From a virus (lineage: Duplodnaviria; Caudoviricetes), in IMG/VR virus record IMGVR_UViG_3300020465_001196: DNA of 64,000 nucleotides; one strand, 5' to 3'. The notes beneath the pieces were generated by a model that was given only the letters and a program-made list of their open reading frames with translations, made no database searches and was not told the origin of the DNA. Positions 27,855 through 38,738 of the stretch are shown piece by piece. Positions within the stretch are counted from its first letter, which is position 1. Every line of letters starts with the position of its first letter. Both the position numbers and the translations under genes were made by a program.

Positions 27855-28145
27855 TTATCCATTTGCTATCACGTTTAATGACCCTGCATTTACTTTTATA
27901 CCACAACTGTATGAGTCACCAATTCTACCAACTTGTATATTGTTAGCAAACACATTTGGTGATCCTGTTGATAATTGAGTAACGTGTGGAACACACAGAA
28001 TATAACCATGAGGTGTGTTTGTATCACCTACTCTATGTACAGGTATATTATTTGCAAATACATTTGGTGATCCTGTCGCACATTGCCCTGCCGCACATGG
28101 CGGATGGTTTGTATCTGCATCACCTATTCTTGCTACTTGTGGCAT
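27855..28145 (-). CDS. PAAR-repeat spike tip protein (gp5.4-like)
   Basis: VARIGD..H...GSPNVFANNIPVHRVGD..H..GSPNVFAN..GRIGD..CG. Confidence 0.93.
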   Translation of the reverse strand: MPQVARIGDADTNHPPCAAGQCATGSPNVFANNIPVHRVGDTNTPHGYILCVPHVTQLSTGSPNVFANNIQVGRIGDSYSCGIKVNAGSLNVIANG

Positions 28146-28182
28146 ATCAATTATCCTTTATAGTAGTATTTATTTCTACAAA

Positions 28183-28491
28183 TTAAGTAATGATTGATTC
28201 TTTTGGTGGTTGTACTATATTAGATATACTTTGTGCGTATGCATCTTTAGCCTGCGAATTTGCTTTTCCTACAGTAATTATTGTATTTTTTTGGAATTCA
28301 AACTCACTTTCTTTATCAGCCATAATCATAAATTGTGTCATACCAACACCTTTTGCTGTCATTGCCAATGCTAAAGGTTTCTTTACACGATAAGAAGTAT
28401 CAGATTCATCAACAAATGTAGCGATAACTTCATCACTGCCTACTGTTCTAAATACTACAACATCATCTTTGTTTAGTTTTTGTTTTAACAT
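28183..28491 (-). CDS. Conserved phage hypothetical protein downstream of nrdB
   Basis: Beta-rich ORF; likely start MLKQK at 28491. Confidence 0.6.
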   Translation of the reverse strand: MLKQKLNKDDVVVFRTVGSDEVIATFVDESDTSYRVKKPLALAMTAKGVGMTQFMIMADKESEFEFQKNTIITVGKANSQAKDAYAQSISNIVQPPKESIIT

Positions 28492-28504
28492 TTTTTCTTT
28501 CTTA

Positions 28505-29602
28505 TTATAGTTTAAAGTCTTCAAAAGTTTTATCATCAACGTCTTGTTTTAATCCGCCAATAATATAACTTTCAACTTCTGTTTCTTGTGGTGCAACTTG
28601 CATTCCTGCACTTGATAACCAATGTTGCGTCCACGGTAGTGGGTTTTGCGAAGCAGGAATATCATAAATTGGATCAAAACCAATTGCTCTTAATCTTTTG
28701 TTTGCTGTCCATTCTACATAGTCACCTAATAGTTTTGAATTAAGACCAATAATAGATCCATCTTTCATTAAATGACTTGCCCATGCTTTTTCTTCATTGA
28801 CAGCTTCTTTATACATTTTAATTACATCATCTTTTGTTTCTTTAATAATTTTTAGCATTTGAGGATCATCACCTTTTTGCCAAGCCTTAATTACGTGAGT
28901 AGTTAAATTTAAATGTGTTGCTTCATCTCTAGCAATTAATGAAATAATTTTTGCTGAACCTTCCATAAGTTTAAGTTCACCAAATGCAAATGTACAAGCA
29001 AACGAAACGTAGAATCTTAATCCTTCTAATATGTTTACATTTACCATCGCAAGATAAAGTTTTTTCTTAACATCATATAAGTCGCCTTTACCTTTAACAA
29101 AATAATCTTGAGCCGCTTTTCCAAACGAATCATAATTTTTAGTAACTGATACAGCACGTTTTAAAATTTCTTCATCATTAACAATAGTATCAAATACTTC
29201 TGCAGGATCAGAATATACGTTCTTCATAATATGTGTGTATGAACGTGAATGAATTGTTTCAAAGAAATCCCAAGTAACAATGCATCCTTCTAATTCTGGA
29301 TTAGAAACATAAGGTAAAAACATTAAACTTGGTCCTCTACCTTGTACACTATCTAATAATGTTTGATATTTTAAGTTTGCTGTAAAAATATGTTTTTGTT
29401 CAGGCCTAAATGTTTGAAAGTCTGCTCTGTCTTTTTGCAAACTAACTTCTTCAGGTCTCCAAAAATATCCAAGCATTGTTTGATTAAGTTTATCAAATTG
29501 TGGATATTTAAATACATCATATCTTTGGACAGATTGATCTGCTCCAAAAAACATTGGCTCTTTTGTAAAATCTATGTCTTCTCTATTAAATACAGTTTTC
29601 AT
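28505..29602 (-). CDS. nrdB: Ribonucleotide reductase class Ia beta subunit
   Basis: FWRPEEV, QTLLDSVQGR, ETIHSRSY, LEGLRFYVSFAC, RDEATH; start MKTVF at 29602 with TTGACA-16-TATAAT 6 nt upstream. Confidence 0.97.
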   Translation of the reverse strand: MKTVFNREDIDFTKEPMFFGADQSVQRYDVFKYPQFDKLNQTMLGYFWRPEEVSLQKDRADFQTFRPEQKHIFTANLKYQTLLDSVQGRGPSLMFLPYVSNPELEGCIVTWDFFETIHSRSYTHIMKNVYSDPAEVFDTIVNDEEILKRAVSVTKNYDSFGKAAQDYFVKGKGDLYDVKKKLYLAMVNVNILEGLRFYVSFACTFAFGELKLMEGSAKIISLIARDEATHLNLTTHVIKAWQKGDDPQMLKIIKETKDDVIKMYKEAVNEEKAWASHLMKDGSIIGLNSKLLGDYVEWTANKRLRAIGFDPIYDIPASQNPLPWTQHWLSSAGMQVAPQETEVESYIIGGLKQDVDDKTFEDFKL

Positions 29603-29644
29603 AATTCTATTATACACTCTTTCGTTGCATTGTCAATACTTATC

Positions 29645-32005
29645 CTAAATTGAACAAGAGTCGCAGTATTCTTCGTATTCTTCATCAGACCCTTGAAACT
29701 CTTTCCTATCCATTGGTTGTTGCTTTAATGCTTCATCAATTGTTAATGCACTTTCATTATCTGTAATGTTTGGCTCTTCGCCTTTAAAATCATATGTGTT
29801 TTGATAATAACTTGTTTTCCAACCCATTTTATAAGTTGTTAAAAAATCTTTTGTTAGTACACTCATTGGTACTTCATTGTTATCAAAATGTGTTGGATTA
29901 TAACTCCAATTACCACTAATTGCTTGATCAAAATACTTCTGCATAACAGAAACTACATTAATATATCCTTCATTACTAGGCATATCCCATAGTAAAGTAT
30001 AATAATCTTTTAATGTTTTATATTGTGGAACAATTTGTTTTAATGGCCCTTTTTTGCTTTTTTTAACTGACAAATAATCTCTTGGTGGTTCAATTCCGTT
30101 AGTAGCATTACCTACTACTGATGAGCTTTCACTTGGCATTTGTGCTGACAATGTTGAGTGTCTCATACCATGCGTAGTTACTTCTTTACGTAATTTTTCC
30201 CAGTTTAATTTTAATTTACTACCAACGATTTCATCTACATCTTTTTTGTAAGTATCAATTGGAAGAATACCTTTTGAATATTTTGTTTTTTTAAAGTAAT
30301 CACAAGCACCTTTTTCTTTTGCAAGTTCAACACTTGCTTGTATTAATGCATACTGAAATGCTTCAGTTAATTCATTTACTACTTTCCAAGCCTGCTTATC
30401 ATTAAATTTAACTTTGTGTTTAGCCAAGTAGTGTGCTAAACCAATATATCCAATACCTAAACTTCTTCTTGCTTTTGTAGAAACTTCTGCGGCTTTAACT
30501 GGATAGCCTTGGTGCTCAATTATTTCATCTAATGCTCTTACTGCCAAGTCACATAAATGAGTTAGTTCTGTTACATCTTTTATTACTCCAACATTAATTG
30601 CTGATAAAATACAAAGTGCAATTTCACCACGACCATCAATGTGTTGTAATGGATCAGTTGGTAACGTAATTTCTTGACATAAATTAGACATATTAACTTT
30701 ATCTATAAATGAACTATGCTCATTTGCGTGATCCATATTCATAATATAGATACGTCCTGTTTCAGCACGTTCTTTTAATACATCACCAATAAGTGTTCTT
30801 GCTTGTATAGTTTTCTTTGGTATTGTTTCATCTTGTTCATATTTTTTATATAATGCATCAAATTTCTTTGTACCAAATGCTTCGTAAAGTCCTGGTACTT
30901 GATGTGGAGAAAATAAAGTAATGTCTCCACCTTTAATAAATCTTTCATAAAATATTTTTGACATTTGTATTGAATAATCAAGTTTACGTACTCTATTATC
31001 TTCTGTACCTTTATTATTTTTAAGTACAAGTATGTCTTCAATTTCTTGATGCCAAATAGGGAAATGCACAGTTGCACTACCTCCACGTACTCCGTTTTGT
31101 GTACAGCATCTTACAGTTGATTCAAACTTTTTAAGAAATGGGACAACTCCTGTGTGTGCTACTTCTCCACCCCTAATACGAGAATTAATTCCTCGTATTC
31201 TACCTGCATTAATACCTATGCCGGCTCGTTGTGCAATGTATCTACCAATTGCCATATCACTAGTAAAGATTGAATTTAAAGTATCATCAACATCAACTAA
31301 CACACAAGAAGCATATTGTCTTAATGGTGTACGTACTCCTGCCATTACTGGCGTAGGAATATTAATTTTAAAAGTAGAAATTGCATCATAATATCTTTTT
31401 ACATATGATAACCTTGTTTCTTTTGGATAGTTACAAAATAATGTTGCCGCAATTAGCATATACATATATTGTGGTGTTTCATATACATTACCTGAACTTC
31501 TATCTTGTACAAGATATTTGTCTGAAACTTGTCTTAAACCTGCGTATGTAAAGTTGTAATCTCTTTCATGTTTAATATATGAATCTAGTCTTTTAAATTC
31601 ATCATCGTTATACCATTTCATAATGTTTGGATCATACAAACCTTTTTCAACATTTCTACCAACTAAAAATTGCAATGGTACTTGATAGTTACCATCGATA
31701 TGTTTTCCAAAAACTTCTTTTCTAATTGTAAACAACAAAAGGCGTGCCGCAACATATTGATAGTTCGGTGCTTCAAGTGTAATTAAATCATTTGCTGATC
31801 TAATTAATATTTCTTGAATTTGTTTTGTTGTCATATTGTCTGAAAATTGTAGACCAGAATTCATTTCAACTAATGATGGTGATACTCCTGTAAGACCATT
31901 ACAAGCGGCTTCTGTCATTTTGTGTACTTTGTTAATGTCCAACGGTTCTTTTTGACCATTGCGTTTTACTATATAGATTTCTTTTTTATTATTTTGTGCG
32001 TTCAT
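29645..32005 (-). CDS. nrdA: Ribonucleotide reductase class Ia alpha subunit with ATP cone
   Basis: IVKRNG ATP cone, PTPVMAG, SCVL, SNLCQEI, MPSESSS, KTSYY, C-terminal CDSC; no intein. Confidence 0.98.
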   Translation of the reverse strand: MNAQNNKKEIYIVKRNGQKEPLDINKVHKMTEAACNGLTGVSPSLVEMNSGLQFSDNMTTKQIQEILIRSANDLITLEAPNYQYVAARLLLFTIRKEVFGKHIDGNYQVPLQFLVGRNVEKGLYDPNIMKWYNDDEFKRLDSYIKHERDYNFTYAGLRQVSDKYLVQDRSSGNVYETPQYMYMLIAATLFCNYPKETRLSYVKRYYDAISTFKINIPTPVMAGVRTPLRQYASCVLVDVDDTLNSIFTSDMAIGRYIAQRAGIGINAGRIRGINSRIRGGEVAHTGVVPFLKKFESTVRCCTQNGVRGGSATVHFPIWHQEIEDILVLKNNKGTEDNRVRKLDYSIQMSKIFYERFIKGGDITLFSPHQVPGLYEAFGTKKFDALYKKYEQDETIPKKTIQARTLIGDVLKERAETGRIYIMNMDHANEHSSFIDKVNMSNLCQEITLPTDPLQHIDGRGEIALCILSAINVGVIKDVTELTHLCDLAVRALDEIIEHQGYPVKAAEVSTKARRSLGIGYIGLAHYLAKHKVKFNDKQAWKVVNELTEAFQYALIQASVELAKEKGACDYFKKTKYSKGILPIDTYKKDVDEIVGSKLKLNWEKLRKEVTTHGMRHSTLSAQMPSESSSVVGNATNGIEPPRDYLSVKKSKKGPLKQIVPQYKTLKDYYTLLWDMPSNEGYINVVSVMQKYFDQAISGNWSYNPTHFDNNEVPMSVLTKDFLTTYKMGWKTSYYQNTYDFKGEEPNITDNESALTIDEALKQQPMDRKEFQGSDEEYEEYCDSCSI

Positions 32006-32127
32006 TCTTTTTCTTTGCCCGTTGTTTTAATACTTTTGTACAAATAATTATACAACTATTTGTAGGATAAAAGCAATAGTTAAATCACTTTTAACAGGAA
32101 AAATCTGTTAAAAAATACAACTGCCGG

Positions 32128-33399
32128 TTATTGTTGTAACCAACGTTCTATTTTATATGATAAGTTAGCAGAGTTTGATCCGTGGCTATTTGCCCACTTC
32201 CATCTTAAACTTCCACTGCTTATATCTGCCGCAAAGGACACAGCTGATGTGTCGTCAGTTTCAACGTGATTATCGCTGATTGTTGCCGCAGAACCATCTG
32301 TGGCAATCAAAATTGTTCCTACTCTAAATTCATTATTATATTTCAAACTATAATCAATTTTGTATACGTTTGCTTCTGATGTTTTGTAACTTAAAACTGT
32401 TCCGTTGCTATTTGCCGCTAGTGTTTCAGTTCTCATAAATGAAACATATTGATTAGTTTGATATTGTGGATAACTTGCTTCAGTATAAATTTGTATATTG
32501 TTTGCTACACGAGATACTTGGCCTCTTGTTTTATTAATAAATCTTGTTACGTTATATGCTTGTTGTGGCGTATCTAAATCAATTTTTAAATCAGAGTCAA
32601 TACTAATTGTTCTTACTGGAGAATGTATTGCTGAATTTTCTCCTAAGAAACTATATGTTGTTGGAACGTTAATTGTATTAATACAGTCATTTGTATTTGC
32701 TGTTTCTAATGCAGTTTTTTCAGCATTGGTTACAAACTGTACAAAACCAGTTCCTGTTGTAGCATCAATCCATACTTGATTGTTTGCTAAATCATTTGCT
32801 TGCCATTTGTTATAACTTGCTATTGATGTATCAGTTAATTCCCAACTTGCTCTTTTTCTTGTATGTTCAGTTGCCTGTGCTTCTGTCCATTTAACTACAC
32901 AAATTTTTGATCCTGCTTCTGGAGCCGTTACAAAATTAATTTGATAGTTACCACCTGGTTGTACTAAATTATATTCGTCGTGTGCTAACGTTGTTGGGTT
33001 ACCATTTGTATATTTTGTTACTACAAGATCTGATGATGTTAAACCTCCAGATGCTTTTGGATGTCCTGTTGGTAAAGAAACGTTTGCTGAACTTAATGCA
33101 TAAGAATTTACTTTAGTTCCGTCACCTGTAAATGTTTGTGTACCTGTTAAATTAAAAAATAATAAACCACTTTGGTTTGGTGACGTACCTTTTATAGTTA
33201 ATAAGTCATCACTAACAAGTTTTTGTGCATTTAAAAAAGGTGTAACTTGTACATCTGAATTTAATAAGTCCTGTGTACCAGCACCTATGTAAACTTCTCT
33301 CGTATCTGTTGCTAAACCAATTTCGCCATCAGCTAAAGGCTGAGGTAAATCTGCTCTTAAACCACGTCTATTTTTAATTCTAGTATATGTTGTTGCCAC
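32128..33399 (-). CDS. Virion structural protein with Mtd-N-like N-terminal domain
   Basis: RIKNRRGLRADLPQPLADGEIGLATDTREVYIG; beta-rich body; late-type motif at 33421-33428. Confidence 0.7.
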   Translation of the reverse strand: MATTYTRIKNRRGLRADLPQPLADGEIGLATDTREVYIGAGTQDLLNSDVQVTPFLNAQKLVSDDLLTIKGTSPNQSGLLFFNLTGTQTFTGDGTKVNSYALSSANVSLPTGHPKASGGLTSSDLVVTKYTNGNPTTLAHDEYNLVQPGGNYQINFVTAPEAGSKICVVKWTEAQATEHTRKRASWELTDTSIASYNKWQANDLANNQVWIDATTGTGFVQFVTNAEKTALETANTNDCINTINVPTTYSFLGENSAIHSPVRTISIDSDLKIDLDTPQQAYNVTRFINKTRGQVSRVANNIQIYTEASYPQYQTNQYVSFMRTETLAANSNGTVLSYKTSEANVYKIDYSLKYNNEFRVGTILIATDGSAATISDNHVETDDTSAVSFAADISSGSLRWKWANSHGSNSANLSYKIERWLQQ

Positions 33400-33419
33400 G
33401 TTAGTACTCCAATATAATA

Positions 33420-34121
33420 CTATTTATTCATTTTGTAATAAGTTTCAACCTTATCAAGCCACTCATTTGTAAATGATTTAAATTCTTCACCCTCTACAAC
33501 AAATTGCTGGTACTGATTATCGTGTGTAACCATAAAAATAACGCCTTTTTGTATGTTTGTGCCATATACTTCATTATGTGCTAATGCATAAGCCGCCGCC
33601 TGCATAAAATAATCATGAATCCACTCTTTTTTCTTAAATTTACGAGCAGTTTTAAAGTCCCCAATTGCCGGTTCACCTTCATGCACACATATTAAGTCTG
33701 CTGTACCACCATAAAGCCCTGGAAATACTAAAGGTGTTTCAATACCCCAAACTTCGTTAACATTTTGAAGTCCATCTTCAATTACAGTATCACTTAATAT
33801 TTTTGCTTGTACATATACTTGATTGGTGCCGGATGGGCGTTCTACACCTTCAATATAACACTCAAGATGTTTATGCATAATTGTACCTAAGTTAGCTGAC
33901 TCTGTAACTATACGTTGTGCTTCTGCGGCCCCTACTCGTTTTTTCCAAGCATTTAGAGCCGTCATATCTTTGGTTTTAGAAAGTATTGATGTTACTGACG
34001 GAACAGGATCTCCGTTAGCATTTACATAATATCGTTGCCCATCCAAATTTTTTCTTTTGAATTCTTCGTATTTAAATTTATTAATCAATAAAGATTTTGT
34101 TGGTGTTGCTATTTCATTCAT
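33420..34121 (-). CDS. PD-(D/E)XK exonuclease (Cas4/MGME1-like)
   Basis: PSVTSIL, GTIMHKHLE, YGGTADL, GDFKT, QAAAYA; leaderless promoter TTGACT-17-TATACT (34156-34128). Confidence 0.88.
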   Translation of the reverse strand: MNEIATPTKSLLINKFKYEEFKRKNLDGQRYYVNANGDPVPSVTSILSKTKDMTALNAWKKRVGAAEAQRIVTESANLGTIMHKHLECYIEGVERPSGTNQVYVQAKILSDTVIEDGLQNVNEVWGIETPLVFPGLYGGTADLICVHEGEPAIGDFKTARKFKKKEWIHDYFMQAAAYALAHNEVYGTNIQKGVIFMVTHDNQYQQFVVEGEEFKSFTNEWLDKVETYYKMNK

Positions 34122-34157
34122 TATATAAGTATAACAATTTTTTTATTTAAAGTCAAT

Positions 34158-34484
34158 TTATTTTATGCCAGACTTGGCCGCCTTAGATGCTAATTTAGAA
34201 ACTGTATTAGCCGTGTTATCTTGTTTATTAAATGTTGCGTCATTAGATGGAGTATCTAATTTTATTTCAGTTGAGTTTGCTGATTTTATTTTTCCATTTG
34301 ATGACAAATGTTTTATTAATGCATCTGTGCTTAATGCGTGGCCTAATGATTTTAGTTCACTTGTAAATCCAATTGTATCAATAGTATCAATATCATTAGC
34401 CATCATTGTAACAATAATTTCATTTATGTCAGAGTCTAACTTACTGACATATTTTGCTTGACCTAAAACTTCTTGGATTTTCAT
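34158..34484 (-). CDS. Hypothetical (probable head-associated) protein
   Basis: 108 aa; MKIQEVL N-terminus. Confidence 0.6.
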   Translation of the reverse strand: MKIQEVLGQAKYVSKLDSDINEIIVTMMANDIDTIDTIGFTSELKSLGHALSTDALIKHLSSNGKIKSANSTEIKLDTPSNDATFNKQDNTANTVSKLASKAAKSGIK

Positions 34485-34488
34485 TTGG

Positions 34489-35376
34489 TTAAGCCTTTTT
34501 GGCTCTACCTAGTGGCTCTTCTTCAGGACCGCTTGCCGCATCGTCGGCGCCAGTTAAATCATCTGTTGGTTCAAGTTCTACAGGTTCTTCAATGTCAGTA
34601 CCCATATCACCTAAATCAGAATCTGTTGCTGACATATCTGATGTTGCAGGAGCTTCGCCTGTTAATTTTAATACTTCGTTATTAACTGCTTCTTTAGAAG
34701 CTTTGATTGATGAAAGTAAAGTATCTAATTGTGAAGCAACTGCTGTATTAAATGATGCCGCTGACTCACCGCCAAACTGATAAGACATTTGGTCAACTAT
34801 TGCACCAAGCTCATCATTTTGTAATTTACCTAAATCTTCAATCATGTTTTGTAATTCGTCAACAATACTTTTTGCCGCAATTACTATTTCTGCTTTTTCA
34901 ACTTCTTGTTCTAAAAGTTGTTTAATTTCTACAAATTTTTCTTCCACTTTATCACCACCTTGTTTTTTAGCAATGGCTTTTTGTAAGCCTGCTGGTAATT
35001 TCTTTTGTTTGTCAGTTAATTCTTCGTTCTTTTTTTCTTCTTTATCTTTAACTGCTTTTTTCATTGGCTCTTTTTTATCACCATCTTTATCCATATCTAA
35101 AAAATCTGGTTTTGCTTTTGCTTCTTGTGTTTGAATCATATTTTCAACAGCTTCTTTTAATAATAAAGCCTGTACATATTTTGGATTTGAATTGTACGTA
35201 TTAAAAGGTAGAGTTGCTTCTAATTCTGCAATTTTTGTCTTTAATGATTTTTTAACATCATATAACTTTTTGATGTCTTGTGTGTCATACACTTTAAAAC
35301 CATACATGGTTTCTAAAGCTTCACTAATTTTAGCTACTTTGTCTTTTGCTGGTCTATTAAATTCTGATATGTTCAT
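34489..35376 (-). CDS. Acidic coiled-coil protein, probable prohead/core component
   Basis: KPDFLDMDKDGDKKEPMKKA insert, acidic tail; TATAAATA at 35399-35406. Confidence 0.55.
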   Translation of the reverse strand: MNISEFNRPAKDKVAKISEALETMYGFKVYDTQDIKKLYDVKKSLKTKIAELEATLPFNTYNSNPKYVQALLLKEAVENMIQTQEAKAKPDFLDMDKDGDKKEPMKKAVKDKEEKKNEELTDKQKKLPAGLQKAIAKKQGGDKVEEKFVEIKQLLEQEVEKAEIVIAAKSIVDELQNMIEDLGKLQNDELGAIVDQMSYQFGGESAASFNTAVASQLDTLLSSIKASKEAVNNEVLKLTGEAPATSDMSATDSDLGDMGTDIEEPVELEPTDDLTGADDAASGPEEEPLGRAKKA

Positions 35377-35419
35377 AATGTTTCTACCTTACTAACTATA
35401 TTTATACTTTTCTTTATTT

Positions 35420-36148
35420 TTAAGCCGTATTTTTTTTGAATAATTCAATAATTTTAGCCTTATATTCTAGGGCAAAATCACGATTTTTTTCAAATTCCTC
35501 TGTATTTTTTAATTGTCTTGCGTTATTACCTTCTTTTACAGCATCATAATAACGTCTTTTATATTGTGTAGCCTTATCTGAAAATATAGTATAATCTGAA
35601 TATATTTCATGTAATTCTACCATTCTTGGGTCTGTGCTTATTACATTATCATTTAGATACTTCACTAAACAAAACGCCATTTCGTATAGTTTTACGTCAA
35701 GTACTATATCTTTGTTATCTTTTAATCTAATAACATCGTAACTTTGACGTTTACCTGTGTAATTAATTTTAATTAAATACCCACCTATTTTAATACCTTG
35801 TGCTGTTCTAGTTGTTTGTAATGCTGTTTTAAAGTTAATTCTATTATCTAGTCCAACTTCTACTACTTCTTTTAGCACTGATTTATCTAGTTTATCTAAC
35901 TGATTTATAAGTTTTTTAATTGCATCTAGTTTTGGTTTTTTAGGTTTTGACACCTTTTGTTTAGCTTCTTTTATAACTCTTTCCCAAGCACTAAAAAAGT
36001 CTGATGCTATTGGATTGTCACCAGTCCATTTATCAAGTACTCTGTAGAAGTGTAAATGTGATTCTAAGTCACGAACAGTCATGCCTTCAGTTCTTTCACG
36101 AACTATTTCTAACTGCTCAAATCTATGTTTTCTTCTTTGTCTAAACAT
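35420..36148 (-). CDS. Hypothetical protein
   Basis: 242 aa; TTGCAA-17-TATAAT (36185-36157) 8 nt upstream of ATG. Confidence 0.65.
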   Translation of the reverse strand: MFRQRRKHRFEQLEIVRERTEGMTVRDLESHLHFYRVLDKWTGDNPIASDFFSAWERVIKEAKQKVSKPKKPKLDAIKKLINQLDKLDKSVLKEVVEVGLDNRINFKTALQTTRTAQGIKIGGYLIKINYTGKRQSYDVIRLKDNKDIVLDVKLYEMAFCLVKYLNDNVISTDPRMVELHEIYSDYTIFSDKATQYKRRYYDAVKEGNNARQLKNTEEFEKNRDFALEYKAKIIELFKKNTA

Positions 36149-36162
36149 TATAGTATATTATA

Positions 36163-36603
36163 CTACTTTTTTTTATTTTTTGCAACAATATCTGCAAATT
36201 GTACAATTTCAGCAGATTTATCAGCTATTTTATTAATAGCATCTTTAGTTTCATCATCAACTGCTGGTTCTGATTTTTCTTCAGGTTCTGTATTTGTATC
36301 ACCCATTCTATTACCAGCTGACGGATTATTTCCAGTTTTAGTTGCTCCTTTGCTACTATATTCCCCAAGTAATTTTTTAGTAACATCGTCTAATTGTGCA
36401 TACCCAACATCTAATAATATTTTTTTAGCACTTTCTGGATCTTCTTCATCAACTGCTTTTGCTAAATTCATATAGTCTTTAAGTCCTAGAGGCTCTGTAA
36501 GTGATTTAACTACACTTGTAGGCATATGAACTAACTTACTAATTTGATCAGTAAAATCTTTAGATTTTGTTAAACCGTTTATAATATCGTCTTTTAAGCT
36601 CAT
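36163..36603 (-). CDS. Hypothetical protein
   Basis: Likely start MSLKDD at 36603, 5 nt after GATAAATA. Confidence 0.6.
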   Translation of the reverse strand: MSLKDDIINGLTKSKDFTDQISKLVHMPTSVVKSLTEPLGLKDYMNLAKAVDEEDPESAKKILLDVGYAQLDDVTKKLLGEYSSKGATKTGNNPSAGNRMGDTNTEPEEKSEPAVDDETKDAINKIADKSAEIVQFADIVAKNKKK

Positions 36604-36607
36604 ATAA

Positions 36608-37765
36608 TTATTTATCATACATATTCTTATCAAATATATAATCCTTTTCGTATACATTTTCTTCTGGTTTAGTAAAAAACTGTCTTTCTACTTCTCTAAT
36701 ACTTCCACCTTTTCTACATTTTAACGCACATTTTGGAACTACATCATCAGTAGAAAAATTAGACCCATTTGAATTAAATGTCCCTGGCAACACTTTATTA
36801 TAATATTCATGCCCTAATATTTCTTCCCAAGAATAATTTAAAATACTATTCCAACCAACTCCATATTTTTTATCTAATTTTCTAATTTTTTCAAATGATA
36901 AAAATTCATATTTGTTAGCATCTTTTCCTATAATTTGAGGATTTCCTTGACCATTATAAAGATCTCCAAAATAACAACACGGCCAAAGTCTTCCATCAAA
37001 TCCTAAATATAACTTTCTGTCATGATAATATAAACATTTTATATCTACTAATTTTTGTACCGCTTCATCATTAAGTTCAAATTCTGTTTCTTTAACTTGA
37101 CTGTGTTGATATTCTTTAGATGTTTGTTTTATTTCAATTTCTTTTTTAACTACTTTTCCATTTTCTTTAACTTTAGCAACTGACTTATAACCTTCATGTG
37201 TATTTCTACTATTTCTTCTAACATTAAAATCAAAATTTAAACGTTCAGCTTCTAGTCTTGCGGCTTCAATTTCATGCTCATTGTGATCAAATGCAATGTA
37301 TTCCCAATTTCCCCATCCGCCACCATCTGCGTATGCTTTCATGTTTCTTAAAATTATATCAAAATTTGTATTAACTCTATATAAATGATTTGTTTCTCTA
37401 TGACCGTCTACACTAAAAGTAACCTTAACTCCAAGCTGTGCTAACTTTTTCCAAAACTCTGGTTTTTGTACTCCACCATTTGTGTCGATTGATACTCTTA
37501 ATGGTTTTGTTGAATTGATATATTCTATTATAGGAATTAAATTTTTATGCATTATAGCATCACCAAACACACCACAAAATTCAATACTTTTTTTATGTAA
37601 GGCTTCTGCTGGAACTCTTGCAATAAAATCTTCTACTGTTAAGTCTGCTACTGTTAATTGTGGATTTGTTTCACCATTTAATGTTCTTGAACATCCAGAA
37701 CATCTGGCATTACAATTTGATGTGATTTCAATTTCAATTCTATCGTAAGTATTGTATATTGTCAT
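36608..37765 (-). CDS. Radical SAM protein with SPASM/twitch-like domain (paralogue 3)
   Basis: CNARCSGC, FCGVFGD, DTNGG, FSVDGH..NHLYRVN, IKC..LWPCCY..CALKC. Confidence 0.9.
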   Translation of the reverse strand: MTIYNTYDRIEIEITSNCNARCSGCSRTLNGETNPQLTVADLTVEDFIARVPAEALHKKSIEFCGVFGDAIMHKNLIPIIEYINSTKPLRVSIDTNGGVQKPEFWKKLAQLGVKVTFSVDGHRETNHLYRVNTNFDIILRNMKAYADGGGWGNWEYIAFDHNEHEIEAARLEAERLNFDFNVRRNSRNTHEGYKSVAKVKENGKVVKKEIEIKQTSKEYQHSQVKETEFELNDEAVQKLVDIKCLYYHDRKLYLGFDGRLWPCCYFGDLYNGQGNPQIIGKDANKYEFLSFEKIRKLDKKYGVGWNSILNYSWEEILGHEYYNKVLPGTFNSNGSNFSTDDVVPKCALKCRKGGSIREVERQFFTKPEENVYEKDYIFDKNMYDK

Positions 37766-37776
37766 GACGTAATTAT

Positions 37777-38067
37777 TTAACGTCTAAGTGCCTTGTTCAT
37801 TTTTGCAACACGTCTAGACGCTGGATTAAACCTTTTTGTTCTTAATGCTTTTCTTACAATTCTTTGACCCATTCGTGCTCTTGTTTTTTTAAGAGTAAAT
37901 CTTTTTTTAATATCCAAAGGTGCACCGCATACACTAGGATTAGAAACAATACGTCCTTTTTTTCTACCAAAAGTACATCTGTATTTTTTAACTACCTTTG
38001 TACCTTTACGTCCAAATATCAAACGTGCTTCATCTATATCTTGACTATATACTTCTGCTATTTGCAT
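37777..38067 (-). CDS. Small, very basic protein, probable internal head protein
   Basis: MQIAEVYSQDIDE|AR then Lys/Arg-rich body. Confidence 0.55.
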   Translation of the reverse strand: MQIAEVYSQDIDEARLIFGRKGTKVVKKYRCTFGRKKGRIVSNPSVCGAPLDIKKRFTLKKTRARMGQRIVRKALRTKRFNPASRRVAKMNKALRR

Positions 38068-38068
38068 A

Positions 38069-38332
38069 TTAACCTGCCCTATACACAATTGTAAACAATG
38101 TTGTCAACAATGTAATAAACAATGTACCCATTGACCAAATAATAATTCTTTCAATTTTAGTAAATTGTCTTTCTGTATTTTCTTCCATTCTATCCATACG
38201 TATATCTACTTTATCAAAACGTTTTTGAATTTCAGTATGACGTTCATGAGAAACAACAACATGAGTTTCTAAATTATTAGCTTCTGCTCCAAATTGTCCT
38301 TCAGTAATTACTTTTGGTTGATTCTTTTCCAT
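38069..38332 (-). CDS. Coiled-coil plus C-terminal TM protein (XhlA/holin-like architecture)
   Basis: Heptad region followed by IIIWSMGTLFITLLTTLFTIV. Confidence 0.5.
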   Translation of the reverse strand: MEKNQPKVITEGQFGAEANNLETHVVVSHERHTEIQKRFDKVDIRMDRMEENTERQFTKIERIIIWSMGTLFITLLTTLFTIVYRAG

Positions 38333-38333
38333 A

Positions 38334-38738
38334 TTATAATGTCTCCGATTGTGTAAATTCTAAATTTTTAGAACCTGTTGTAGCAACTGCACCACCATTT
38401 AAAATTATACCATCAAATTGATCAATTAGTGCTTGTACTGAATTTCCATTTCTTGCAAATACATCTGGGTGTTCAACTGCAAATTTAAATATCCAACCTG
38501 CACCAGTTAATGATGGAGCACCGTTGGCATTTAAATCGCTAACTCCTACAGGATCATTTGAAATAATTACCTGAGAAAAACCTGCAATTAATTGTACCAT
38601 TGCGTCTAAATCTTTTTGTGTAGCATCAGTATAATCACCAGTCATAGTTATATCTGTTTTAGTATATAAAGTATAAAACTGTAAGTTATTACTAATAAAC
38701 TCTCCACCTCTAGCGGCACCATTAATTCGTACTGTCAT
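38334..38738 (-). CDS. Hypothetical (probable virion) protein
   Basis: 134 aa, Gly/Thr/Ala-rich, coupled to neighbours. Confidence 0.55.
   Translation of the reverse strand: MTVRINGAARGGEFISNNLQFYTLYTKTDITMTGDYTDATQKDLDAMVQLIAGFSQVIISNDPVGVSDLNANGAPSLTGAGWIFKFAVEHPDVFARNGNSVQALIDQFDGIILNGGAVATTGSKNLEFTQSETL

Noticed and set aside
32089-32113. TTTTAACAG/CTGTTAAAA inverted repeat between nrdA and the upstream virion gene
   Set aside because: AT-rich, weak stem; plausibly an ordinary terminator and not distinctive enough to call
33420-34121. Cas4-like nuclease as evidence of a CRISPR system
   Set aside because: No repeat-spacer array or other cas genes in the window; stand-alone PD-(D/E)XK exonucleases are common in phages
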